Position numbers and translations under genes: made by a program. This document shows positions 18,117-28,939 of a stretch of 64,000 nt of DNA, one piece after another. The stretch comes from Alphaproteobacteria bacterium. GTDB lineage: Bacteria > Pseudomonadota > Alphaproteobacteria > RF32 > CAG-239. The number at the start of each line of letters is the position of its first letter. Positions within the stretch are counted from its first letter, which is position 1. A model generated the notes under the pieces. That model saw nothing but the letters and a program-made list of their open reading frames with translations. It was not told the DNA's origin and made no database searches. The stretch spans positions 41,349 to 105,348 of the forward strand of contig JBGULQ010000005.1 of NCBI GenBank assembly GCA_045116295.1, written 5' to 3'.

Positions 18117-18888
18117 AATAATTGCGATTGCCAACCGCAAAGGCGGAGTTGGAAAAACCACAACCACGGTCAATGTTGCCACAGCAATGGCTGCCACAGG
18201 CAAAAAGGTATTGGTCATTGATCTTGATCCGCAGTGCAACGCCACTACGTCGCTTGGGTTTGATAAACACAACAATGTTGTATCTTCATACGATGTTATT
18301 ATCGGAGAACGCAGTTTAAACGAGGCTGTTGTCTGGACTGAAATTCCAAATTTTTCTCTCATTCCATCGTCACCCGATCTCGCCGGAGCAGAAGTTGAAC
18401 TTATTGACAGAGAACGTCGTGAATTTTTTCTCCGCGATGCACTGAACAAAACCATTGGTAATTACGATTACGTTCTCATCGATTGTCCGCCGTCGCTTAG
18501 CTTAGTAACAATCAATGCTCTTGTTGCCGCAGATGCGGTTGTTGTCCCTCTGCAGTGTGAATATCTTGCACTTGAAGGCATGAGTGATTTAATCAGCAAC
18601 ATTAATTTAATTAAAAAACATTTTAACCCGAAACTTGAGTTACAAGGGGTTGTGCTAACAATGTATGATGGTCGCAATAATTTGACGCAGATGGTTGAAG
18701 AAGATGTTCGCGGATATTTCGGCAAAAAAGTATACAAGACCGTTATTCCGCGGAATGTCCGTGTTTCTGAGGCTCCATCACACGGAAAACCTGTATTATT
18801 ATATGATTTTAAATGTCCTGGCTCACAAGCATACATAAGTTTGGCCGGAGAAATGTTAAAAAGAGAAAAGGAATTATTGGCATGCTAG
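18109..18888 (+). CDS. parA: chromosome partitioning ATPase ParA
   Basis: A GGAGA SD precedes the start. The deviant Walker A reads ANRKGGVGKTTT. Confidence 0.95.
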   Translation: MPRIIAIANRKGGVGKTTTTVNVATAMAATGKKVLVIDLDPQCNATTSLGFDKHNNVVSSYDVIIGERSLNEAVVWTEIPNFSLIPSSPDLAGAEVELIDRERREFFLRDALNKTIGNYDYVLIDCPPSLSLVTINALVAADAVVVPLQCEYLALEGMSDLISNINLIKKHFNPKLELQGVVLTMYDGRNNLTQMVEEDVRGYFGKKVYKTVIPRNVRVSEAPSHGKPVLLYDFKCPGSQAYISLAGEMLKREKELLAC

Positions 18889-19778
18889 AAGATAACAAAA
18901 GAAAAAGTTTAGGTCGTGGGCTTGGTGCTTTACTTGGTGAAGATGCATTTTTACTGACAGAAGAAACACCTATAGTTGAAAATACACCAAAAGACGGCAT
19001 TAAAAAGGTTTCTGTAAAACTTTTATATGCAAGCAAATATCAACCTCGCTCTGAATTTAATCAAGAAGCACTTGATGCCTTGACGGTATCAATAAAAGAA
19101 AAAGGTGTCTTGCAACCGCTGTTGGTTCGTGCAAAAAACAACGGAAAATACGAAATCATCGCCGGTGAGCGACGTTTTAGAGCGGCATGCCAAGCCGGAC
19201 TGACAGAAATTCCGGTTATAGTAAAAGAAATGGCTGACAAGGAAGTTCTTGAAGTTGCGTTGGTTGAAAATCTTCTGCGTGAAAATTTGTCTGCCATTGA
19301 AGAGGCCGAAGGACTGCAACGCCTAATTAACGAATTTTCTCATACTCAGGAAGCTCTTTCTAACGTGATTGGAAAATCACGTAGTTATATAGCTAACACT
19401 TTGCGCTTACTTTCGCTTCCATCTTCAGTTCAGCAGATGATTCGTGATAACAAATTAACCGCAGGTCATGCCCGTCCGTTGATTGGTTTGGAAAATGCCG
19501 AAGCCATAGCCGAAAAAATTGTTGCTAAAGGGCTAAGCGTACGTGAAGTTGAGCAGCTTGTTCAAAAGGGCAAAGAAGGCAAAACTAAAGTCACCAAAAA
19601 AACAAATTCAGATACTGCAGATATTGAAAAAATGCTCCGTCGTGATTTAGGACTGAAAGTAAAAATCTCAACAGCATCAAACGGCAGTGGTAAAATTGTT
19701 CTTTCTTATGCAGATTTAGCAGAACTCGACCGCATATTGGATATACTGAATAACAGCAAAAAAAGTCAAAATGCTTAA
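18882..19778 (+). CDS. parB: chromosome partitioning protein ParB
   Basis: An ATGCTAG overlap joins it to the parA stop. The ParB box GERRFRA and an HTH are present. Confidence 0.95.
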   Translation: MLEDNKRKSLGRGLGALLGEDAFLLTEETPIVENTPKDGIKKVSVKLLYASKYQPRSEFNQEALDALTVSIKEKGVLQPLLVRAKNNGKYEIIAGERRFRAACQAGLTEIPVIVKEMADKEVLEVALVENLLRENLSAIEEAEGLQRLINEFSHTQEALSNVIGKSRSYIANTLRLLSLPSSVQQMIRDNKLTAGHARPLIGLENAEAIAEKIVAKGLSVREVEQLVQKGKEGKTKVTKKTNSDTADIEKMLRRDLGLKVKISTASNGSGKIVLSYADLAELDRILDILNNSKKSQNA

Positions 19779-19854
19779 AATCTTCAAAAAGTAATAATAT
19801 TTTTACTCTCAACGTCTAACATATGTTCATACTCGACACATAAGAGGGGAAGAA

Positions 19855-20874
19855 ATGTTATTCTTAAAAAAGGTTTTTCTCGGCTTAGCTGCAATATGTT
19901 TGATAATTATTGGCGGTAGCGGAACTCAAAGCACAAATCTTTTGACGCAAGGTGGCGGAATAGTAGGTATAGCTGCCGGATTGGTCGCCTTGTACATTTT
20001 TGGAAAACTTGTATGGAAAGCCATGGGGTGCCTTCCGTCTATATTGTTGCTGGCGGCATTTTGCGTGTTTGTTCTCTACGCAATAGGTGCCTTTAATGGT
20101 GGTGTCGAAAATGTTGTTCCTAACCTACAAAGATTTATCGGTATAGGAAACTCTTCTTCTGCCGAAGATGACCATGAAATAATACAACTTGAAGATGAAG
20201 ATCCTGATGTAAGCATAAGTGAAAATTTTGAAGAAATAAACATTAACAACACCCAATCTGATGAAGCCAAGCAAACCAAACAACCTGAGCTGGAAACAAA
20301 TCAAAACAGCAACGGAATAACCGAATTAATAAAAGGATTTTTTGCCGGAAACAAATCCGAAGCCAGTGATAGCTTTAATCCTAAAGATTATCCCATGATT
20401 TACGGTCAAGTTGCAGTTGTCAGCGGTGATACCATTGTTCTAAACGGCAGATATGTGCGTCTATATGGCATAGATGCCCCGGAAATAAACCAAAAATGCG
20501 CTAACTCACAAGGGAAAAAATATGCTTGTGGCATTGAGGCTGCCAATTGGCTAAAAGAGTGGATACAAGACTATGAGGTTGAATGCAACGTTCTCAAGCA
20601 AAACAATCGCGGAAACATGGTGGCTGTTTGTTCCCTTGGTGAGTATGATATAGGAGCAGCGCTTGTGGCATCAGGCTGGGCAATAACCTTACCTAACAAC
20701 GACGTATACATTCCATATGAACAACAAGCACAAAAAATGCGCCGAGGAATGTGGCAAGGGAGTTTTTATAAACCTTGGGATTGGGTAAAAATGCAGTCTG
20801 TAACTCCAAAACTCAAAATTATCAAACGTAAGAAAAAGTCTAAAAAAACAAACCGTTTATGGGATTTTTTGTAA
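19855..20874 (+). CDS. membrane-anchored thermonuclease (SNase-like) family protein
   Basis: Three N-terminal TM helices and an acidic linker precede the SNase core VSGDTIVLNGRYVRLYGIDAPE. The C-terminal tail is basic. Confidence 0.8.
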   Translation: MLFLKKVFLGLAAICLIIIGGSGTQSTNLLTQGGGIVGIAAGLVALYIFGKLVWKAMGCLPSILLLAAFCVFVLYAIGAFNGGVENVVPNLQRFIGIGNSSSAEDDHEIIQLEDEDPDVSISENFEEININNTQSDEAKQTKQPELETNQNSNGITELIKGFFAGNKSEASDSFNPKDYPMIYGQVAVVSGDTIVLNGRYVRLYGIDAPEINQKCANSQGKKYACGIEAANWLKEWIQDYEVECNVLKQNNRGNMVAVCSLGEYDIGAALVASGWAITLPNNDVYIPYEQQAQKMRRGMWQGSFYKPWDWVKMQSVTPKLKIIKRKKKSKKTNRLWDFL

Positions 20875-21333
20875 ATGAATGATATAGAATTTATATGCGC
20901 TACCGAACAAGATACTGCAGATGTCGGTAAAAAACTTGCCGGCATTGCTCGCAAGGGCGACGTGTTTGCCCTTTTTGGCACACTGGGAATGGGCAAAAGT
21001 GTATTATCACGCGCTTTTGTTCAATCACTTACTGGTGCTGAAGAAGTTCCAAGTCCGACCTTTACTTTGGTACAAACGTACGAAACAGCAAACTTTGATA
21101 TATACCACTTCGATCTCTACCGCATAAAGTCACCGGAAGAAATATTTGAACTTGGTGCTGAAGAAGCCATTTATGAAGGCGTTTGCCTGATTGAATGGCC
21201 GGAAAAGATGGGAGCATATTTGCCTAACAATGCATTTCATGTTCGCATAACTCCGTTTGCCAGCGGTAGAAAAATAACCATAGAAACCAAAGATGTTAAC
21301 AAACAAAAGAGGCTTGAAACTCTTGTCGATTGA
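20875..21333 (+). CDS. tsaE: tRNA threonylcarbamoyladenosine biosynthesis protein TsaE (YjeE)
   Basis: P-loop GTLGMGKS; about 150 aa; typical YjeE size. Confidence 0.85.
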   Translation: MNDIEFICATEQDTADVGKKLAGIARKGDVFALFGTLGMGKSVLSRAFVQSLTGAEEVPSPTFTLVQTYETANFDIYHFDLYRIKSPEEIFELGAEEAIYEGVCLIEWPEKMGAYLPNNAFHVRITPFASGRKITIETKDVNKQKRLETLVD

Positions 21334-21748
21334 GAACATTCATACCACAGCGGTTGCTATTGATGGGACTGCTGTTTTGTTAATAGGAGCTCCGGGGAGT
21401 GGAAAATCAGATTTAGCTCTGCGCTTAATTATGAACAAAAGCGCAGTACTGATTGCCGACGACCGTGCGGATATTTCTGTATCTAACAATTCCTTAAAAG
21501 TATCCTGTCCAAAAAGCATAAGAGGATTGTTGGAAGTTAGGGGAGTTGGTATTTGTAAATTTCCATATTTGACATCTGCAAAAGTAAAATTGGCTGTTAA
21601 ACTGGTTCCGTCGTTATCAGATGTGGAACGTATACCCGAGCCAAAGACGGCAAATTTTTTAGGTATAGAAATTCCGCAAATAGAATTATACCCGTTTGAG
21701 GCATCTGCTCCCGATAAAATACTCGCAGCTTGTTACCAAAATCGATAG
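21293..21748 (+). CDS. hprK: HPr kinase/phosphorylase, short alphaproteobacterial form (C-terminal domain only)
   Basis: The Walker A GAPGSGKS and the LIADD motif are present. 151 aa. It overlaps tsaE by 41 nt if the ATG at 21293 is used. Confidence 0.8.
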   Translation: MLTNKRGLKLLSIENIHTTAVAIDGTAVLLIGAPGSGKSDLALRLIMNKSAVLIADDRADISVSNNSLKVSCPKSIRGLLEVRGVGICKFPYLTSAKVKLAVKLVPSLSDVERIPEPKTANFLGIEIPQIELYPFEASAPDKILAACYQNR

Positions 21749-21811
21749 AACTGTTGCATTTTCCACCCTGTTAATTTATTATTCGGCTATGATTTTATAA
21801 GGAATAACCGA

Positions 21812-22600
21812 ATGAAAAAACACATAGAAAATTTCTTACGTACCCTAGGTAAACCACTTGTCGGCTTCATTTCTCGCCTTGGTGAACTGTCATTATTTAT
21901 TACCAGAGCTCTATATAACTGTGTAACTCCGCCTTTTTATCCCAAACTTTTGCTTCGCCAAATGATTGATATCGGCTTTTATTCCCTGCCGGTTGTCGCT
22001 TTGACGACAGTTTTTGCCGGCATGGTAATTGCCCTGCAAACCAATGCAGGTTTTTCGAGTTATGGAGCAGAGAGCGCTGTTGCCACAGTTGTTCTTATCG
22101 CCGTCACACGTGAACTTGCTCCGGTGTTTTCAGGCTTGATGGTAGCAGGACGCATTGGTGCAGCAATGGCGGCAGAAATTGGTACTATGCGTGTCACTGA
22201 GCAAATTGATGCCTTGTCAACACTTTCAACAAACCCGTTCAAATATTTAGTTACTCCTCGCCTGCTGGCCGGAATTTTAGTTTTGCCGCTCTTAGTATTA
22301 ATTGGTGATGTCATCGGAATTTTCGGCGGTTATACAATCGCCATTTATCAGCTTGAATATAATGCCGCCAACTATATCAACACCACCATAAACGAGCTGG
22401 CATTGATAGATGTTACCACCGGTCTTATAAAAGGTGCCGTTTTCGGTTTTATAATCGCTTTAATGGGGTGTTACAATGGTTATAAATCAAAAGGCGGAGC
22501 CCAAGGTGTAGGAAATGCTACGACCAATGCTGTGGTTTCTTCATCAATCCTTATTTTGATTTTCAATTATATAATCACCGGTATGATTTTTACGGATTAG
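21812..22600 (+). CDS. mlaE: MlaE-family ABC transporter permease
   Basis: The MlaE signature TRELAPVFSGLMVAGRIGAAMAAEIGTMRVTEQIDAL is present in a polytopic membrane protein. Confidence 0.85.
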   Translation: MKKHIENFLRTLGKPLVGFISRLGELSLFITRALYNCVTPPFYPKLLLRQMIDIGFYSLPVVALTTVFAGMVIALQTNAGFSSYGAESAVATVVLIAVTRELAPVFSGLMVAGRIGAAMAAEIGTMRVTEQIDALSTLSTNPFKYLVTPRLLAGILVLPLLVLIGDVIGIFGGYTIAIYQLEYNAANYINTTINELALIDVTTGLIKGAVFGFIIALMGCYNGYKSKGGAQGVGNATTNAVVSSSILILIFNYIITGMIFTD

Positions 22601-22609
22601 GAGTAAAAT

Positions 22610-23380
22610 ATGGCAAACAATAAACCTGAAATAGAAATCAAAAATCTGCATAAATCATTTGGTCACAAGGTGGTTTTAGACGGAGTTGATTTAGAAATAA
22701 ATGAGGGAGAGTCTCTGGTCGTAATCGGTGGCTCCGGTACCGGCAAATCGGTTCTGATCAAATGCATTCAAGGACTGATTGAACCAGATGAAGGCTCAAT
22801 CAAAATCAACGGAAAAGAAACTGTCGGAATTGACCGTAAAGAAGCCGAAAAGCTTTATTCCAAAATGGGCATGTTGTTTCAGGGCGGAGCTTTGTTTGAC
22901 AGCTTGAGCGTTTGGGAAAATGTTGCTTTTGGCCTGATAGAAAATCAAAAACTTCCGCGTAAAAAAGCCAAAGAAAAAGCCATAAAATACTTGCATCAAG
23001 TTGGGCTTAGTGCTGATGTAGCAGATCTTTCTCCGTCAGAACTTTCCGGCGGTATGCAAAAACGTGTTGGTTTGGCCCGTGCAATTGCTACCAAGCCGGA
23101 AATCATCTTTTTTGACGAACCTACAACCGGACTTGATCCTATAATGGCCGACGTAATCAATGATTTGATAATTGATTCGGTCAAAAAAATTGGTGCCAGC
23201 GCCCTTACTATCACTCATGATATGGCATCAGCCCGCAAAATTGCCGACCGAATTGCTATGCTTTATCAGGGCAAAATCATCTGGCAGGGAACCGTAAAAG
23301 AACTTGAAAAAACTGATAATCCATATGTTTTACAATTTGTACATGGCAATTCACAAGGTCCTATAAAGGTTGAAATTTAG
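22610..23380 (+). CDS. mlaF: MlaF-type ABC transporter ATP-binding protein
   Basis: An AGGAG SD precedes the start. Walker A GGSGTGKS, the signature LSGGMQKRV, and Walker B are present. Confidence 0.85.
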   Translation: MANNKPEIEIKNLHKSFGHKVVLDGVDLEINEGESLVVIGGSGTGKSVLIKCIQGLIEPDEGSIKINGKETVGIDRKEAEKLYSKMGMLFQGGALFDSLSVWENVAFGLIENQKLPRKKAKEKAIKYLHQVGLSADVADLSPSELSGGMQKRVGLARAIATKPEIIFFDEPTTGLDPIMADVINDLIIDSVKKIGASALTITHDMASARKIADRIAMLYQGKIIWQGTVKELEKTDNPYVLQFVHGNSQGPIKVEI

Positions 23381-23388
23381 GAGTAAAC

Positions 23389-24762
23389 ATGGCTAAAAAA
23401 TCATCTGTTCAATATGTGTGCCAAAACTGCGGTTCTGCCTATCCCAAATGGCAGGGAAAATGTGATTCCTGTGGTGAATGGAATACCATAATAGAAGAGC
23501 AGGTCGGCGGCGAAGGTTTTTCAAACTTCCACCCCAAACACAAAGGCAAAATGATAGATTTTGTTTCTTTGAGCGGAACATCACAAAATATTGAACGTAT
23601 TTCAACCGGCATAAAAGAACTTGATCGTGTCAGCGGCGGTGGTTTGGTTGCCGGATCGGTGATTTTGGTTGGCGGCGACCCCGGTATCGGAAAATCAACC
23701 CTTTTGCTACAGGCTTGTGCAAGCATCGCCTCATCGCCTACCCACCCTGAATGCTATTACATATCAGGAGAAGAAGCCTTAGATCAGGTTCGTATCCGCG
23801 CCAAACGTTTGGAACTTGAACAATCTCCGGTCAACCTTGCCTCAGCAACAGATGTTAAAGATATTGTTGACACGCTTGAAAAAACAAATGCCAAAATAGT
23901 GGTTATTGATTCAATCCAAACCATGTATCTTGAAGAGGCTGAATCAACCCCGGGAAGCGTTTCGCAAGTGCGTGCCTGTGCCTATGAACTCATCAAAATT
24001 GCCAAGCGCAAAGGTTTTGTTTTGTTCTTGGTTGGTCACGTAACCAAACAAGGCTCAATAGCCGGACCGCGTGTTTTGGAACATATGGTTGATACAGTCT
24101 TGTATTTTGAAGGCGAACGCGGACACCAATTCCGTATTTTGCGTGCGGTCAAAAACCGTTATGGCGCAACTGACGAAATCGGTGTTTTTGAAATGCAAGA
24201 CAAAGGTTTGGTTGAGGTCGAAAACCCCTCAGCTCTGTTCTTAGCAGAACGCCAAGGAAACATATCCGGCTCTTGCGTTTTTGCCGGTATTGAAGGCTCA
24301 AGACCGGTTTTGGTAGAAATTCAGGCGCTGGTTAGCCAAACCGGTTATGCCAGCCCCAAAAGAGCGGTGGTCGGATGGGATTCCGGACGCTTGGCTATGG
24401 TGTTGGCAGTATTGGAAGCCCGTGGCGGACTAAACCTAAGCAGTCAAGATGTTTACTTAAACATTGCCGGCGGTCTAAAAATCTCCGAACCTGCTGCAGA
24501 TTTAGCCGTTGCAATGGCAATTATTTCATCATTAACCAACCGCCCGCTTCCGGCAGATATGGTAATCTTTGGTGAAATCGGCTTATCCGGTGAGGTTCGT
24601 GCTGTGAGTCAGCCCAATTTGCGCCTTAAAGAGGCAAGCAAACTCGGGTTTAAGAGTGCTATCGTGCCATCACAATACAAAAATGATAAAAAACTGTCTG
24701 CCAAAGATATTTCTCTTCACGAAATAGGCAATGTTCAAAAACTTATTAATTGGTTTAATTAA
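23389..24762 (+). CDS. radA: DNA repair protein RadA (Sms)
   Basis: The N-terminal C4 zinc finger CQNCGSAYPKWQGKCDSCGEW, RecA-like Walker A GDPGIGKST, the KNRYG motif, and a Lon-like C-terminus are present. Confidence 0.95.
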   Translation: MAKKSSVQYVCQNCGSAYPKWQGKCDSCGEWNTIIEEQVGGEGFSNFHPKHKGKMIDFVSLSGTSQNIERISTGIKELDRVSGGGLVAGSVILVGGDPGIGKSTLLLQACASIASSPTHPECYYISGEEALDQVRIRAKRLELEQSPVNLASATDVKDIVDTLEKTNAKIVVIDSIQTMYLEEAESTPGSVSQVRACAYELIKIAKRKGFVLFLVGHVTKQGSIAGPRVLEHMVDTVLYFEGERGHQFRILRAVKNRYGATDEIGVFEMQDKGLVEVENPSALFLAERQGNISGSCVFAGIEGSRPVLVEIQALVSQTGYASPKRAVVGWDSGRLAMVLAVLEARGGLNLSSQDVYLNIAGGLKISEPAADLAVAMAIISSLTNRPLPADMVIFGEIGLSGEVRAVSQPNLRLKEASKLGFKSAIVPSQYKNDKKLSAKDISLHEIGNVQKLINWFN

Positions 24763-24776
24763 GGAATTTTAGAAAA

Positions 24777-25499
24777 ATGAATAATTTGGACGTATGTATA
24801 CTGGTCATTGTTGCGGTTTCTGCTCTCATTGCAGTAAACAGGGGATTAATAAAAGAGGTTTTATCAATCATAGGCTGGGTTTTATCGGTTGTTGTAGTAG
24901 TTTTTGTGTTGCCGATAGCAGAACCTTTGGCACAAGCTTATATAGAAGATAAGATGATAGCAAAAGCAATATCTTCTGCACTGATTTTTATAATTTTTAT
25001 GATAGTTTGGATAATTTTAACCTCTGCGATTGTTGATAAAATTCGTGCCAGCAAACTTAGTTCGCTTGACCGCATACTCGGGCTTTTTTTCGGCGTCGTA
25101 AGAGCATGTATTTTAGTAATTCTGTTCAATATTATGGTCGGATGGATAATCCCTGCTGATGAGCAACCGGAAGTATTCAAAGAGTCAAAATATTTCCAAC
25201 TGGCCGGCAGCTTTGCTGAACCTATAGAGAAACTCCTGCCCAAAGACATAATATCTAAAGATATTGAAAAAGAAGATCAAGAAAAGAAAGATCAGAAAAA
25301 AGAACAAAAGGATAAAAAAGAAGCAAAAGAACAAAAAGTAATCTCCGAAGACATGGATAAGCTTTTTGACAAACTTGTTCAGCCAAAAGTTGAAAAGAAA
25401 AGCGACAAGGATAATGCTTCTAAAGAAAAAAATTCTGACGGCTATAATAAATCAGAACAAAACAGTCTTGACCGCTTGATAGAAATGAATGTTGAATAA
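24777..25499 (+). CDS. cvpA: CvpA-family membrane protein with K/E-rich C-terminal tail
   Basis: The N-terminal TM helices are typical of CvpA, and the radA-cvpA pairing is conserved. Confidence 0.8.
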   Translation: MNNLDVCILVIVAVSALIAVNRGLIKEVLSIIGWVLSVVVVVFVLPIAEPLAQAYIEDKMIAKAISSALIFIIFMIVWIILTSAIVDKIRASKLSSLDRILGLFFGVVRACILVILFNIMVGWIIPADEQPEVFKESKYFQLAGSFAEPIEKLLPKDIISKDIEKEDQEKKDQKKEQKDKKEAKEQKVISEDMDKLFDKLVQPKVEKKSDKDNASKEKNSDGYNKSEQNSLDRLIEMNVE

Positions 25500-25518
25500 T
25501 TTAATTTCATAATTTAAA

Positions 25519-25558
25519 AACAGAACAGCACCTTTTTAGGGGTGCTGTTCTGTTTTTT
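25519..25558. terminator. bidirectional rho-independent terminator
   Basis: A CAGAACAGCACC ... GGTGCTGTTCTG stem is followed by TTTTTT. It sits between convergent genes. Confidence 0.75.
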
Positions 25559-25568
25559 GGATTAGAGA

Positions 25569-26217
25569 TTACAACAGTTCGTAGATTGTTGTACGTCTGA
25601 GTTTTGAGACATTGACTTTCATTCCGGGTTTTGCCTCATACCAGAATCCGTCTTGCGTTACAAGTATGGAGGCATGGCTGCCATCGGTGAAAGTAACGTT
25701 AGCGACAGTGTATGTTCCTCCCTGAAAACTTCCCGAGACAGAGCCTTTGGCTTTGCCACCACCACCACCGCCTAAAAGACTGACAAAGGCAAAGAATGAA
25801 TTGTAACCAAAGCTTCCGTTAATAGAACCGCTATATGCTCCTTTGATTTCACGGATGACGACATTTTTGATTACCACCTGAATAATTGCCGGTGTGATAG
25901 ATGAGGTCTCCTTGTTTGAGACGTCTGCCATCAGTCAAATTGGTCTTGATATCTCCATATGACGTTGCTTTGTACAACATACAAGGAGACCCATAATGAT
26001 TGCCTACAGGACATAGGCTGGTTCCATCAGAAAGAATTACTTTGGCGAATTCTTTTTTCTTGCATGGTACTGAAGTACTAGGTCGAAAAAGACGAGTTTT
26101 ACTGTGATCCGCCACACAGATTTTTCTGTAGGTCACATCCTCTACCGTGAGGAATTCTTGCGCACCGACTTCAAGAGAGAAAATCAAAGCAATCAATAAA
26201 ATAATAAACTTTTTCAT
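25569..26217 (-). pseudogene. secreted Gly-rich protein of unknown function, frameshifted (two overlapping ORFs of 122 and 120 aa)
   Basis: The upstream ORF has a signal peptide MKKFIILLIALIFSLEVGA. The two reading frames overlap over 25849-25931. Removing one base of the T5 run at 25864-25868 (A5 in gene sense) fuses them: ...YSGGNQNVVIREIKG... Confidence 0.6.
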
Positions 26218-26297
26218 AATGTAAAGATTTTAAATAATTGGAAAAAAATAAAATAACAAGACAAAAATACCACGCTTTTGTCAATCTGTCAACAAAA

Positions 26298-26328
26298 AAT
26301 AACACCACAAAAAAACCGGCGTTTTTAC
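26298..26328 (-). terminator. rho-independent terminator downstream of gyrB
   Basis: A CCGGCG ... CGCCGG stem is followed by a T-run on the minus strand. Confidence 0.7.
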
Positions 26329-26355
26329 GCCGGTTTTGTGCTCCTAAAAGCTTTA

Positions 26356-28839
<2,484 letters not shown>

Positions 28840-28939
28840 TTAAACTCTCATCACTATACATCATTTTGAAAAAAAACATAGCAAAAACTCACAAAAATTA
28901 ACCATTTTGTGTATATTTTTACTGGTGTTTGGCGGGTTT

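Noticed and set aside
17543-18455. Minus-strand ORFs overlapping rsmG and parA
   Set aside because: They are antisense shadows of strongly supported genes.
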